64,000 nucleotides of DNA from Trueperaceae bacterium (GCA_965213705.1 OZ243913.1:1376001-1440000); one strand, 5' to 3'; shown: positions 28,651-38,906, numbered from the stretch's first letter. Notes: generated by a model not told the origin, from the letters alone. Numbers and translations: made by a program.

Positions 28651-29274
28651 ATGCACGCGCTGAGCGCTCCTTTTAGGGTCATCGGGCGGGCCGTCCGGGA
28701 CTGGTGGCGCGACTGGGTAACCCTGGCGGCCCTGAACCTCGCGTGGCTGCTCTGCTGGTTGACGGTCCTGCTCGGCCCGCCCGCAACTTTTGTGCTCTAC
28801 GAGGTTGCCCACCAGTACGTGTACGGCCGGAGTCTCGAGCTGAGCGCAACGCCCGCGCTGCTGCGGCGTTACGCGCTGAAAAGCTGGCTGTGGCTGCTTG
28901 CCAACCTGTTCGTCGCCGGGGGCGTGTGGCTCAGCCTGCAGGCCTACGCGGGCGGCGCAGTCTGGGCGGTGGCGTTGCGCACACTTTGCGCCCTCGCCGG
29001 CGCGCTCTGGCTGGCGGTGCAGTTTTACGCGCTGCCGTACTTGCTCGAGCAGGAGCGTCTCAGTTTGCGCCGGGCCTGGCGCAACGCCTTTTTTACAGTC
29101 CTGGCGAGCCCGCTCTACACGCTTGTGGTGGTGGGTTTCGCCCTGTTGCTCGCCCTGGTCGGCGTGCGCACCGTGGCCTTGCTCTTTTTGGGTCTTGCCC
29201 CCCTCATCGCGGTGCTGGGCGTTCACGCGGTGGCCGAGCGGCTCGAGCACTACCGGATTCGAAAAAACGGCTGA
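28651..29274 (+). CDS. DUF624/YesL-like membrane protein (sugar ABC-associated)
   Basis: LNLAWLLCWLTVLLGPPAT and SLRRAWRNAF motifs, multiple TMs. Confidence 0.75.
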   Translation: MHALSAPFRVIGRAVRDWWRDWVTLAALNLAWLLCWLTVLLGPPATFVLYEVAHQYVYGRSLELSATPALLRRYALKSWLWLLANLFVAGGVWLSLQAYAGGAVWAVALRTLCALAGALWLAVQFYALPYLLEQERLSLRRAWRNAFFTVLASPLYTLVVVGFALLLALVGVRTVALLFLGLAPLIAVLGVHAVAERLEHYRIRKNG

Positions 29275-29425
29275 GCACAGCTTGCACCCGGGTGTTGTTT
29301 TGTCGACAGCCTGAAAAGGCGAGGTTAACCCGTGTTTTGTTGTTGCAGCGGTTCCGGGAGCGGTTGAAACGCACCAACGCGAGACCCCACCGGCCCGCAG
29401 GGCCACCTCCCCTAAAAAGGGAGTC

Positions 29426-29553
29426 ATACCCTTTCCGTTTCATTCCCTCATCAAATGCGAGCAGAGCGAATAGAAGTACGGACTAGCGATAAGGAAGCGA
29501 ACAACTCTTCCAAGGGGAACTGTGGTAGCGGAAGCTGTAGTATCAGCATCCGT
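29426..29553 (-). repeat. Dispersed intergenic repeat, copy 1
   Basis: Homologous in three blocks to 49141-49334. Confidence 0.8.
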
Positions 29554-29588
29554 ATTAAGGTCAAGACCGATTTGTCTCGGTGCTACGT

Positions 29589-29632
29589 GAAAAGGTTGTT
29601 CGTTTTAAGCGTGCAGGACGAACAACCTTTTC
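29589..29632. terminator. Hairpin terminator after SIS gene
   Basis: GAAAAGGTTGTTCGT / ACGAACAACCTTTTC 15-bp stem. Confidence 0.65.
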
Positions 29633-29639
29633 TTAACCT

Positions 29640-30284
29640 TCAACCGAAAAAGCGCTGCTCGAGCCGCGCGCAGAGCGCGTGGTACAGGGGCAGGTGGCGT
29701 TCTTGAACGCGCAGCGTGTCGTCCTCCGGCACGCAGATACAGGCGTCGCAGAGCGCCTTCATGCGCCCGCCCGTGCGCCCGCTCAGGCCGAGCGTGGTGA
29801 GCCCGAACGCCCGCGCGACTTGCAGTGCCCGCACGACGTTGGCCGAGTCGCCCGAAGTGCTGATGGCTAAAAGCGCGTCGCCCGGTCTGCCGTAGCCGTA
29901 AACCTGCTGCGCGTAGACCATGTCCGGCGCGACGTCGTTGGCAAAAGCGGTGACGAGGGCGCTCTGGCTGACGAGCGACACCGCGGGCAAAGCGCCCTGC
30001 AGGTGGTCGGCGAGGTAAACGCCTTCCTCGGGAAAATCCTGAAGCAACCTGCGCCGCCGCTCGTCCGGCAGGGGACGGCGCGACTCGAAACCTTTCATGA
30101 GTTCGCCGACGATGTGCTCACTGTCCGCGGCGCTGCCGCCGTTGCCGCAGACCAGCAGTTTGCCGCCCTCCCTAAAGGTGACGACAAGGCGCTCGGCCAC
30201 GTCCGCGAGGGCGGGCAGACAAGGTTTCAAGTCGGGGTAGCGGGTGCGCAGCGTCTCGAGCGCGTCCGCGCCGGGGTCAGCCAC
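29640..30284 (-). CDS. gmhA: SIS-domain phosphosugar isomerase, GmhA-like
   Basis: CGNGGSAADSEHIVGEL, AND, ISTSG, QERH. Confidence 0.8.
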   Translation of the reverse strand: MADPGADALETLRTRYPDLKPCLPALADVAERLVVTFREGGKLLVCGNGGSAADSEHIVGELMKGFESRRPLPDERRRRLLQDFPEEGVYLADHLQGALPAVSLVSQSALVTAFANDVAPDMVYAQQVYGYGRPGDALLAISTSGDSANVVRALQVARAFGLTTLGLSGRTGGRMKALCDACICVPEDDTLRVQERHLPLYHALCARLEQRFFG

Positions 30285-30346
30285 GGCAGCCTTCAGTCGG
30301 TGTCGCGTTTGTCTTGTTTGAGGCGGGTGTCATCCGTTAGCTCTCG

Positions 30347-32794
30347 TCACAAGTCCCACTCGAGCAGGTTCACTTCGCTTACCTCTTCGTCCGTCGCGAA
30401 AGGAACCCGGAAAGTCTTTACCTCGCAAGGACCGAACACCGCTTCGAAGCGGCGTCCCAAAAAAGGTAGCGCAACCGTCACCCGAGCGCTGTTGTTGCCC
30501 GTCTCGAAAAGCCTTGCGACGAGCGCGTCGCCCGCTTCGGAGCGCTTTAAGACGGTTGCCACCACGCTGTTCGGATTTCCGTCCCCGCTTCCGAGCTTGA
30601 AAAAAGAAGCCGTTTGGGGCAGGGGGCCGTCGTGAAACGTGCCGATGAGGGCTGTAGGTGCCTGGTTCAATTCGGCGGCCCGTTTCACCGTCTCGGCCCG
30701 GTTCCAACTGCCCGTGTGCGGCAGCAGACTGTAGCTGAAAGTCTGGAGTCCCTGGTCGATGTAGCTGTAGTCCCCCTCGGGGTCGGGCACGGTCGGGTCG
30801 TGGTGTGCGTAAATCGGGCTGCGCGCGACCGTCATGCCGATGTCGCGGGTGTTTACGTCGAACGAGTACTTGCCGTCGTTCAACAAGCTCAGGCCGCGTT
30901 CGCCGTCCGGCCCCGTACCCGACACGTCCACCCAACCCTGGGCGGGCTCTTCCTCGCCGTTGGCGAAGCGCTCGACGTGTCCGTAGGGTATTTCGAACGT
31001 GGCCCGCGGGGCGTCGACGTTGACGGGAAACCGGAGTTTAAGCGCTTTGTGCCGCTCTTGCCAGTTGAGCGTGGCCTTCACGTCTATTCGGCGCGTCCCC
31101 GGATACACCGTAAAGTCTTGGGTCAGGCTCGAGGCACCGTAAACGCTCGAGACGCGCACCACGCTTTTGACCGGGCCGTGTTCGACAAGTTTGACGCGAC
31201 GAGCGGCGAAGCTGCCGACGACCTGGTCGAACCTGAAAACGTCGTGCGACCAGGTGTCGCTGACGTCCTCGAGCACCGCCGAAGCGGCCGCCGGACCCGC
31301 AAAGACCTCCGCGCCGCGCTTTTTGTCCCGCAGGCTGGCGATGCAGCCCGTGACGGGGTCGAACTCTAAGCGCAGGTGTTCGTTTTCCAGCACCAGGTCG
31401 TCCGCTTTGACTGTGGTTTCGGGGACGGCTGCGCTCGCGCGGGGTGCCAAACGGTAGGTGCGGTAGCCCAGCTCGGGCAACTCGGCAACAAAGGCCAGGG
31501 TTTGCCGTCCAAAGGCGGTAGACCCTGCCTGCGTCCCCTGCACCGGCACCACCCGGTCTTCGTCGTCGAGCAGCACCGTACCGTCTTCGACGCGCCACGT
31601 CTCGACCTCGACGGGCACCCTGGCGACCCAGGTGTGCGGGTTGAAGACCACGACGGGGGTAACGCCTTTCTCTAAAGGGATGTTGACGCGCCAGGCCAAC
31701 GCTTGTGTGGCGTAGTTGAGCGCCCGCGCCCCGACGGCCATAGCCTCACCGTAGAGGTCTCGAGCGTCGTCGTAGGCGGTTTCCAAACTTGTCCCCGCCA
31801 AAATGTCGTGAAACTGGTTGAACAAAACGCCTTTCCAGGCGTACGCCAAGTCGGTCGGGTAGGGTTGCTCGAGGACTTCGGACGCCACCGCCGCCCACTT
31901 CTCGGCCGTTATCAGCAAGTTTTCGGCCTTGCGGTTCCAGCGTTTGATGCCGGAGTGGGCCGCGTAGCAGCCGCTGGCGTGGTGCTGCAACTCGTCGTGG
32001 ACTGTGGGCAGCTGCCAGTCTTTGCGCTCGACCTCGTGAAAGTAGCGCTCGGGCGTGCTGAAAACCAGTTCGGGTAAGTCGTCTTCGCGGTTTAGGCGTT
32101 CGACGCTTTCGATGTTCGCCTTCGTCGGCCCGCCGCCGTGGTTGCCGACGCCGTAAAAACACATCAGTTCGTTGACGGGCTCGCGCAGTTCTGCGGCGCA
32201 GCGGCGCACGTGGTTTTCTAGGTCCGCGCCCCAGGTGCAGTAGGTAAAGGGAATTTGGTAGGTCAAAACCGAGGAGCCGTCATCCGACTTCCACCAGAAC
32301 AGTCGGCCCGGCAACTCTTTTTCGTGCGGGCCCGGACGCATAAAGACGTAGTAGTCCAAACCGCTCTTTTTCAAAAGTTGCGGCAGCATTCCGTGGTGCC
32401 CGAACGCGTCGACGTTGTAGCCGACCCTGGCGGTGCGGCCGAACTTCTCCTGAAAATAACGCTGCCCGTAGAGCGCCTGCCGCACGAACGACTCGCCGCC
32501 CGGGATGTTGCAGTCGGGTTGCAGCCACCAGCCGCCTACAATTTCCCAGCGACCTTCTGCGACTCGAGCCTTAATTTCTTCAAACATCGCCGGGTCACTT
32601 TTTTCCACCCACTCGTAAAAGACGGCGGAACTAGAGACGAACAAAAAGTCCTCGAACTCGTTCATGCGGTCGAGGGCCGAGCGGAAACTCGCCTTGACCT
32701 CGTGAAAGCCTTCTTGCCAGCGCCACAGCCACACCGGGTCGATGTGGGCGTTGCCTATCATGTGGAGGGTTTGAGTTTTTGTCGCTGTAGTCAT
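30347..32794 (-). CDS. Alpha-mannosidase (GH38)
   Basis: AHIDPVWLW, DCNIPGGESFVRQ, DAFGH, GNHGGGPT, QFHDIL. Confidence 0.93.
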   Translation of the reverse strand: MTTATKTQTLHMIGNAHIDPVWLWRWQEGFHEVKASFRSALDRMNEFEDFLFVSSSAVFYEWVEKSDPAMFEEIKARVAEGRWEIVGGWWLQPDCNIPGGESFVRQALYGQRYFQEKFGRTARVGYNVDAFGHHGMLPQLLKKSGLDYYVFMRPGPHEKELPGRLFWWKSDDGSSVLTYQIPFTYCTWGADLENHVRRCAAELREPVNELMCFYGVGNHGGGPTKANIESVERLNREDDLPELVFSTPERYFHEVERKDWQLPTVHDELQHHASGCYAAHSGIKRWNRKAENLLITAEKWAAVASEVLEQPYPTDLAYAWKGVLFNQFHDILAGTSLETAYDDARDLYGEAMAVGARALNYATQALAWRVNIPLEKGVTPVVVFNPHTWVARVPVEVETWRVEDGTVLLDDEDRVVPVQGTQAGSTAFGRQTLAFVAELPELGYRTYRLAPRASAAVPETTVKADDLVLENEHLRLEFDPVTGCIASLRDKKRGAEVFAGPAAASAVLEDVSDTWSHDVFRFDQVVGSFAARRVKLVEHGPVKSVVRVSSVYGASSLTQDFTVYPGTRRIDVKATLNWQERHKALKLRFPVNVDAPRATFEIPYGHVERFANGEEEPAQGWVDVSGTGPDGERGLSLLNDGKYSFDVNTRDIGMTVARSPIYAHHDPTVPDPEGDYSYIDQGLQTFSYSLLPHTGSWNRAETVKRAAELNQAPTALIGTFHDGPLPQTASFFKLGSGDGNPNSVVATVLKRSEAGDALVARLFETGNNSARVTVALPFLGRRFEAVFGPCEVKTFRVPFATDEEVSEVNLLEWDL

Positions 32795-32915
32795 TGAGTG
32801 AGGTCTCCGTGGGGAATAGGTGGGGAATAAGGGGTCGGTACGAAAAAGCGAGGCGTAAGAAAATTCAACCGAACGGCTCGTTTACACCTTTACTTTTCTC
32901 GTACTGATACTTTTC

Positions 32916-33617
32916 TCATACCGAGCGTGTAATCCCACCGTCGACGCGAATGTTCTGGCCGGTGATGTACCCAGCACCCTCCGAGGCTAGAAAGGCGATG
33001 ACCTCGGCTATCTCTTCGGTTTTTCCGTAGCGTCCCAGCGGAATGCGGTCGCGGAACTCCGACGTTTCCGGCAAGCTGTCTATAAAACCGGGAAGGACGT
33101 TGTTCATCCGAATGTTTTCTGCGGCGTACGTGTCGGCAAACAGTTTGGTGTAAGCCGCCAACCCCGCCCTGAACACACCGGAGGTCGGAAAAACGGGGTC
33201 GGGCTCGAACGCCGCGAAGGTCGAAATGTTAATGATAACGCCTGCGCCTTGCGCCTGCATGATGGGCGTGACCAACCGGGTGGGGCGGACGACGTTGAGA
33301 AAGTACACGTCCATGCCCTGCCGCCAATCTTCGTCGGAGAGGTCCAGCAAGGGCGCTCTCGGTCCGTGTCCGGCGCTGTTGACAAGCGCGTCGACACGTC
33401 CCCACGTTTGCATGGTTTTGTCGACCAAACGCTTCAGGTCGTCGTTCGACTGGTTCGAGCCCGTCACGCCGACGCCGCTCAGCTCTTCTGCAAGCGCTTC
33501 ACCTTTTCCTGATGAAGACAAAATGGCAATTCGGAAACCGTCTTCAGCTAACTTACGCGCTGCTCCGGCCCCCATGCCGCTGCCCCCAGCCGTGACGATG
33601 GCTACTTTGTGTTTCAA
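32916..33617 (-). CDS. SDR family oxidoreductase
   Basis: TAGGSGMG, VNSAG, NVLPG, YITGQNIRVDGG; atypical SxxxR in place of YxxxK. Confidence 0.88.
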   Translation of the reverse strand: MKHKVAIVTAGGSGMGAGAARKLAEDGFRIAILSSSGKGEALAEELSGVGVTGSNQSNDDLKRLVDKTMQTWGRVDALVNSAGHGPRAPLLDLSDEDWRQGMDVYFLNVVRPTRLVTPIMQAQGAGVIINISTFAAFEPDPVFPTSGVFRAGLAAYTKLFADTYAAENIRMNNVLPGFIDSLPETSEFRDRIPLGRYGKTEEIAEVIAFLASEGAGYITGQNIRVDGGITRSV

Positions 33618-33758
33618 CAGTGACTCCGTTCAGTGTTGAATTCTGGTCGCTTTTCGAACGTGCTGAGTGTACCGCGAAGTGGAGCCGACTGCACGGAGGC
33701 ACCTGCATAAAGACGAACGTTTGCTTTGAGGTTTTAAGAGTGACTTCGAAGCTCGAGC

Positions 33759-34643
33759 CTACCCCTTCAACCCCGAGGTCGCAATCCCCTCGATAAAGTA
33801 GCGCTGGCCGAGGAAGAAAATGACAATCATCGGCACGGTCAAAATCACCGTCGCCGCCATGACGATTTCCCACTGCGACTCGCCGCCCTGCCCGAACTGG
33901 TCGAGCACCGCCTTGATGCCGCGCGGCATGGTGAAAAGTGCCGTGTCGTAGAGGTAGATGAGCGGTTTGATGAGGTCGGTCCAGCTCGCCTTGAATTCGA
34001 AAATGAACACGACGATGAGCGCCGTTTTGGTCAGCGGCATCGCCACGCGCCACCACAGCCCGAAAAAGCTGGCCCCGTCAATTCGCGCCGCCTCGAACAG
34101 GTCGCGCGGCAGCGACAGGTAAAACTGGCGCAGCAAGAAGATGTAAAACGCAGACCCGAACAAGTTGCCCGCCCACAGCGGCACGAGCGTGTTGACAAAA
34201 CCTAAGCGGTCCCAAACCAGAAACACCGGAATCATGGTGACCGCCGTCGGCAGCATCATCGTCGCCAGCACCAGGCCGAAGAGCGTGTCCCGGCCGGGAA
34301 AGCGAAAATTTGCAAACCCAAAGGCGACGAGCGAACTGCTCAGCGCCACCGTGGTCGCCGCCAACGCCCCGGTGAGGACGCTGTTTTTCAGCCAGGTCAG
34401 GACCGGCGCGGCTTGCCACACCCGGAGGTAGTTGCCCCAGGCAACGGGGTCGGGCAGCCAGGCCGAGCTGAACACCTCGGCGCGCGTCTTGAGCGAGGCG
34501 CTCACCAGCCACAAAAAGGGCGCGGTGAACAGCACCGTGCAGCCTAAGAGCAGGGTTATAAAGACGACGCGCTCGAGCACCCGCCCCCCTCGGTCCGTCC
34601 TCCTCGGCCGCGGCGTGGCGACTTCTCCCTTAGCCAAAGCCAC
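33759..34643 (-). CDS. Carbohydrate ABC transporter permease (MalG-like)
   Basis: EAARIDGA motif, QRYFIEGI. Confidence 0.93.
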   Translation of the reverse strand: MALAKGEVATPRPRRTDRGGRVLERVVFITLLLGCTVLFTAPFLWLVSASLKTRAEVFSSAWLPDPVAWGNYLRVWQAAPVLTWLKNSVLTGALAATTVALSSSLVAFGFANFRFPGRDTLFGLVLATMMLPTAVTMIPVFLVWDRLGFVNTLVPLWAGNLFGSAFYIFLLRQFYLSLPRDLFEAARIDGASFFGLWWRVAMPLTKTALIVVFIFEFKASWTDLIKPLIYLYDTALFTMPRGIKAVLDQFGQGGESQWEIVMAATVILTVPMIVIFFLGQRYFIEGIATSGLKG

Positions 34644-34646
34644 GTC

Positions 34647-35594
34647 CTACCTCCCCTCGTAGTAGACCCAGCGTTTGCTGACTTGCAGCTGGATGAGTGT
34701 AAGAATCAAGATGATGACGAAAAGCAGCCAGGCCATCGCCGAGGCGTAACCCATGTGCAAGAACTCGAACGCCTGCCGGAACAGGTAAATCACGTAAAAA
34801 AGTGCCGCGCCGCTGCCGGCGCTGGCCTGCATCTTGCCGAAAAACATGGTGTAGACCTCGGCGAAAATCTGCAGCGAATAGATGGTGTTGACGACCAAAG
34901 TAAAAAAAATCGCGCCGCTGATAAGGGGCACGGTGACGTGGCGAAACTCTTGCCAAAAGTTCGCCCCTTCGATTTGGGCGGCTTCGTAGAGGGTTTTGGG
35001 CACGTTGCTCAGCGCGGCGTAGTAGATGATGACGGTGCCGCCCACGCTCCACAGGCTCATGAGCACCAGGCCGGGTTTGACCCAGGTGGGGTCGGTCGTC
35101 CAGCCGGGTCCGTCAATGCCCAACAGCTCCAGGCCCCGGTTGACCAGGCCGATACGCGGGTTCAAAAGCCACAGCCAGAGCGCCCCCACCGCGACCGCCG
35201 GGGTCATCGAGGGCAGGTAAAACACGGTCCTGAAAAAGTCCGCCGCCCGCTTGACACGGTTGAGGATGAGCGCGAGGGTGAGCGCGACGATGGTCGCCAG
35301 GGGCACGTAGAGCGCCGCGTAAAAAAACGAGTTGTACAAACTCAGCCGCAGCCGCGGGTCGCTGAACAGCTCTCGGTAGTTGTCGAACCCAATCCACTTG
35401 GGCGGGTTGAGCACGTCGTACTGGGTAAAGGAGAGCCATAAACTGGCGAGCATCGGCCCGGCGGTGAAAACGAGAAAGCCGATAACCCAGGGTGAAATAA
35501 AGGCCAGTCCGGCGAGCGTTTCCGCTCGAGCCAACCGACCCCCACGTTTTTCGCGCGGGGGTCTTTTGGCGCTACCTCTTTCTGCTGAGTCCAT
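34647..35594 (-). CDS. Carbohydrate ABC transporter permease (MalF-like)
   Basis: LYEAAQIEGA, MGYASAMAW. Confidence 0.93.
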   Translation of the reverse strand: MDSAERGSAKRPPREKRGGRLARAETLAGLAFISPWVIGFLVFTAGPMLASLWLSFTQYDVLNPPKWIGFDNYRELFSDPRLRLSLYNSFFYAALYVPLATIVALTLALILNRVKRAADFFRTVFYLPSMTPAVAVGALWLWLLNPRIGLVNRGLELLGIDGPGWTTDPTWVKPGLVLMSLWSVGGTVIIYYAALSNVPKTLYEAAQIEGANFWQEFRHVTVPLISGAIFFTLVVNTIYSLQIFAEVYTMFFGKMQASAGSGAALFYVIYLFRQAFEFLHMGYASAMAWLLFVIILILTLIQLQVSKRWVYYEGR

Positions 35595-35600
35595 AGGGCC

Positions 35601-36908
35601 TTACTGGTTGTTCCAGGCGTCGTCGAGGGCTTCTTGCGCTTCTCCCTGCGCCTGGTCGAGCGCTTCCTGGGCACCTTGCTCGCCGTTCAGGACGCGGTTG
35701 ACGGCGTCTTCCCAGGCCTGCCGGAACTCCGCGCCCGCCGGGTTGGACGGAATCGCAAAGGCGTTCTCCTGCGTTTCTAAGATGACGTTGACCGCGTTGT
35801 CGAACGCCTCGTTGCCGCTGGGCTGGAAGATATTGCCGAAAATCTCGTCGTCGGCGGGCTTGTTGGCAGTGTAAACGCCCGTGAAGGTTTGCCCGTCGGC
35901 GGCGCGCTGGTCGGCGCGGGTCTGCGCGGCCGCCGCCCAGGAGGCCGGGGCGGTCATCGTTTTCATAAAGGCGCAAGCCGCGTCGGGGTTGTTGGCGCCC
36001 CTCGGAATCGCCCAGGTGTTGCCGGTGGCGAACGTTAGGGGGTCGCCCTGCCGGTCGGTAAACGGCTTGACGGTGATGTTGACGTCCGGCGACGTGTCGG
36101 CTAAGACGTTGACGTACCACTGCTCCATCGGTTTTGCGCCCAGCTGGTCGGCGACGTACTCGTTGTCGGCCCCGAACGAGTCCCAGGTGTCGCGGAAGGC
36201 CGACACTTCTTGGTTGCCCCCGGCAGCCTCCAGCAGACCGACGGTGTAGGCAAGCGCCTCGACCGCTTCAGGGCTGTTGATCATGGCGGTGCGGCCGTCG
36301 TCCGACAACAGCTGCCCGCCGTTCGCCCTGACCCACAGCGGGAAAAAACCGGGCAGCTTGGGGTCGAAACCGATGCGCTCGAGCTGGCCGTCCTCGACTT
36401 TCGTCAGTTGCTGGTTGACCTCGGCCAGCTGGTCCCAGTCCGTGGTGCTTACGTCGTCGGGCGTAACCCCCGCTTCTTCAAGCGCGTCGTTGTTGAGAAT
36501 CAGGACGATGGTGTTGAAAAACTCGGGAATGCCGTAAACCTGGTCGCCCACGGTCACCTGGTCCAGGGCCGTCTCACGGTACTGGCTCAGGTCGATGTCC
36601 ATGCTGGCAACGCACTCGTCCAGCGGCACGATCGCGCCGCGCGTGGCGTAGGTGCTGAGGTCGTCGCGGTTGGTGTAGATGAGGTCGGGCGGGTTGCCGC
36701 TGACCACGGCGGTTAAAAGTTGCTGCCGGTCCAAGCTGCCTTCGGACAGGTTCAGGGTCACGTCGGGATACTGCTCTCTAAACTGGTCGACGCGCACCGA
36801 CGCGATTTCGTCGCCCAGGCCGAAACCCAGCACGGAAAGCTCACCGCTCACCTGGGCAGAGCCCACTGCTCCGACCAGAAACAAGCCCAACAACACGATT
36901 TTTTTCAT
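35601..36908 (-). CDS. Carbohydrate ABC transporter substrate-binding protein
   Basis: Signal peptide, GNPPDL, YGIP; GGGAGG RBS. Confidence 0.9.
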   Translation of the reverse strand: MKKIVLLGLFLVGAVGSAQVSGELSVLGFGLGDEIASVRVDQFREQYPDVTLNLSEGSLDRQQLLTAVVSGNPPDLIYTNRDDLSTYATRGAIVPLDECVASMDIDLSQYRETALDQVTVGDQVYGIPEFFNTIVLILNNDALEEAGVTPDDVSTTDWDQLAEVNQQLTKVEDGQLERIGFDPKLPGFFPLWVRANGGQLLSDDGRTAMINSPEAVEALAYTVGLLEAAGGNQEVSAFRDTWDSFGADNEYVADQLGAKPMEQWYVNVLADTSPDVNITVKPFTDRQGDPLTFATGNTWAIPRGANNPDAACAFMKTMTAPASWAAAAQTRADQRAADGQTFTGVYTANKPADDEIFGNIFQPSGNEAFDNAVNVILETQENAFAIPSNPAGAEFRQAWEDAVNRVLNGEQGAQEALDQAQGEAQEALDDAWNNQ

Positions 36909-37218
36909 GATTTTCCTCCCTTACCTCGGCCGGCGTTTTCGCCAGCCGTTTTGCCAGGACGTAACGACCAAGACCAACACACGGGGTTCAGTCGGAAGGA
37001 CGGCCGCCAGGCATTCAAGGCTCCCTCATCCGGCCGCACCCCACTCGAGAACCACTCCAAAAGACGATAGCGGAGGCCGAACGAGGGAAGGCCGCACCGG
37101 ATACGGGCCTCTCCTTTTCATACTCGCACCCCCTTCGGCGAGACAAAACATCGGACCACAGGCCTCGGCACGCGCCGCACAGGCGCACAGGACAAGTCTG
37201 AACTTGTAAGTGACCGCC

Positions 37219-37265
37219 ATGCTACACCCACCCGCGTTGACATGTCAATACTTTTTTAGTTTAAT
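37219..37265. promoter_or_regulatory. Divergent promoters sharing a palindromic TTGACA/TGTCAA
   Basis: TTGACATGTCAA 37237-37248; + strand N17-TTTAAT; - strand N18-TAGCAT. Confidence 0.6.
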
Positions 37266-37297
37266 TAACTATCTTTACAGCTGAGAAGTGTTGCGTC

Positions 37298-37378
37298 GTT
37301 GAAGGCGACAGGTTAGGGCGATAGGTTGAGAGCGGTGGGTTAGAGCGATAGGTTGAAGGCGGTTGTTGAAAGCGGTTG
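37298..37378. repeat. Degenerate 13-14-bp tandem repeat x6
   Basis: gttgaaggcgacag, gttagggcgatag, gttgagagcggtgg, gttagagcgatag, gttgaaggcggtt, gttgaaagcggtt. Confidence 0.7.
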
Positions 37379-37413
37379 CCAGAGGCGGGGGCAGAGGACA
37401 GGTAAAGGCTTAA

Positions 37414-38610
37414 ATGCACAAACGAAGCGTCGCAAACGGCAGCAACCCGGTCCGCGTCCGCGCGCGCAACTTGAGCGTCGTACTCGACGCCCTCCGCAAA
37501 CTTCAACCCGTCAGCCGGACCGAGCTGGCGAGCGCCACGGACCTCACCGCCGCCGCCATGACCCACCTCGTCGCCGAACTCGGTGACCTGGGCTTTATCC
37601 GCGAACAGCGCGCGCCGGACAAGTCGGAGGGAAAACTGCTGGGGCGACGGCCCACGCTGTTGTCGCTCAACGCCGGTGCCGTAACCATCGTCGGCATCGA
37701 AATTTCTCGAGAGTACGTGTTGGGCGTCACCACGAACCTCTCGGGCGAGGTCGGGCGTTCGGAAAAACGCGTCGCCCCGGCAGGGCGTGGGGCCGAGGCG
37801 ACGCTGGAAGTGATGCACGACGTGATAGCCGAGCTGTGGGAGAATTCGCCTTTCGGTATCGGCGTCGGGGTGCCGGGGCCGGTCGACACGGCGCAGGGGC
37901 GGGTGCGCGAACCGCCGAACTTTCCGGGCTGGCGCGACCTGCCGCTTGCCCAGGTGCTGCGCGAACGCTGGGGCGTGCCGGTTTTGATAGACGACGACGC
38001 CAAAACGGCCGCCCTGGGCGAGTACTGGTTCGGCGCGGGCAGGTCCGTAGCAAGCCTGCTTTACTTGTCGGTCGGCTCGGGCGTCGGGGCCGGGCTCATC
38101 GTCCATGGCGAGCTGTACCGCGGAACCCACGAACTCGCCGGGGAAATCGGCCACACCACCCTGGACTTGGACGGCCCCCCCTGCGAGTGCGGCAACCGAG
38201 GCTGTTTGGAGACCTTCGTTTCGACTGGTGCTGTCCGCAAAAAGGCAGTCGCGCTTGGCCTCCAGGACGACCTGGCCCACGTCGAGCGGTGCGCCGCCAT
38301 GGGTGACCGCCGCGCCACCAACCTCAAAGACCGAACCTACCGCTACCTGGCGGCCGCCGCCATCAACGCGGTCAACTTTTACGACCCCGACCTGATCGTA
38401 GTAGGCGGCGAACTCGTGGGCGTTTGGCCGGACTTGGCGGACCAGCTTTTACAGCGCGTCCGCGGGCGCTCGTTCGGATTCGCTTCCAGGTCCGTCGAAA
38501 TCTGCGCTTCCAAGCTCGGGGGCTACGCCAGCGTCGTGGGCGCTGCCGGCCTGGTGATGCAGCACGTCTTCCGGCAGCCCCACCTCGTCGAGGCTGCCGC
38601 TGTGAAGTGA
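37414..38610 (+). CDS. ROK-family transcriptional repressor
   Basis: N-terminal HTH (SRTELA, GRRP), GEIGH, CECGNRGCLE. Confidence 0.93.
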   Translation: MHKRSVANGSNPVRVRARNLSVVLDALRKLQPVSRTELASATDLTAAAMTHLVAELGDLGFIREQRAPDKSEGKLLGRRPTLLSLNAGAVTIVGIEISREYVLGVTTNLSGEVGRSEKRVAPAGRGAEATLEVMHDVIAELWENSPFGIGVGVPGPVDTAQGRVREPPNFPGWRDLPLAQVLRERWGVPVLIDDDAKTAALGEYWFGAGRSVASLLYLSVGSGVGAGLIVHGELYRGTHELAGEIGHTTLDLDGPPCECGNRGCLETFVSTGAVRKKAVALGLQDDLAHVERCAAMGDRRATNLKDRTYRYLAAAAINAVNFYDPDLIVVGGELVGVWPDLADQLLQRVRGRSFGFASRSVEICASKLGGYASVVGAAGLVMQHVFRQPHLVEAAAVK

Positions 38611-38651
38611 GTCCACAGCGAAGTGAGTCCACAGCGAAGTGAGCCCGCAGC
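38604..38651. repeat. 16-bp tandem repeat x3 spanning the ROK stop codon
   Basis: gaagtgagtccacagc x2 then gaagtgagcccgcagc. Confidence 0.85.
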
Positions 38652-38814
38652 CCGTTGACCGCACGGGTTCAGTTAGGGCTCGAGCAGCCGAACCGGAGGG
38701 GACGGGGTGTGGGGCAAGTAGAGGCGTCGGTCGGCAGCCGGTGCAGTGCTTGCCGAACTACTTCGCTTACCCGCCCACGACGCTAAGAGAGGGTGCCTCC
38801 GGCCCGGCCTATGT

Positions 38815-38906
38815 ACCGAACTCCGGCGGCGTGGCCTGGAAGACGTGTTCACCTTTTGCGTGGACGGGTTTGAAGATTTTCTTGGAGCAATTTTCTTGAA
38901 GCAATA
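38815..38906 (+). pseudogene. IS256-family transposase fragment
   Basis: Translates TELRRRGLEDVFTFCVDGFEDFLGAI, matching the IS256 ELxxRGxxDxxxxxVDGLxGFxxAI region. Confidence 0.6.

Noticed and set aside
37026..37121. 31-aa leader ORF upstream of the sugar SBP
   Set aside because: Weak RBS, no attenuator or amino-acid bias seen
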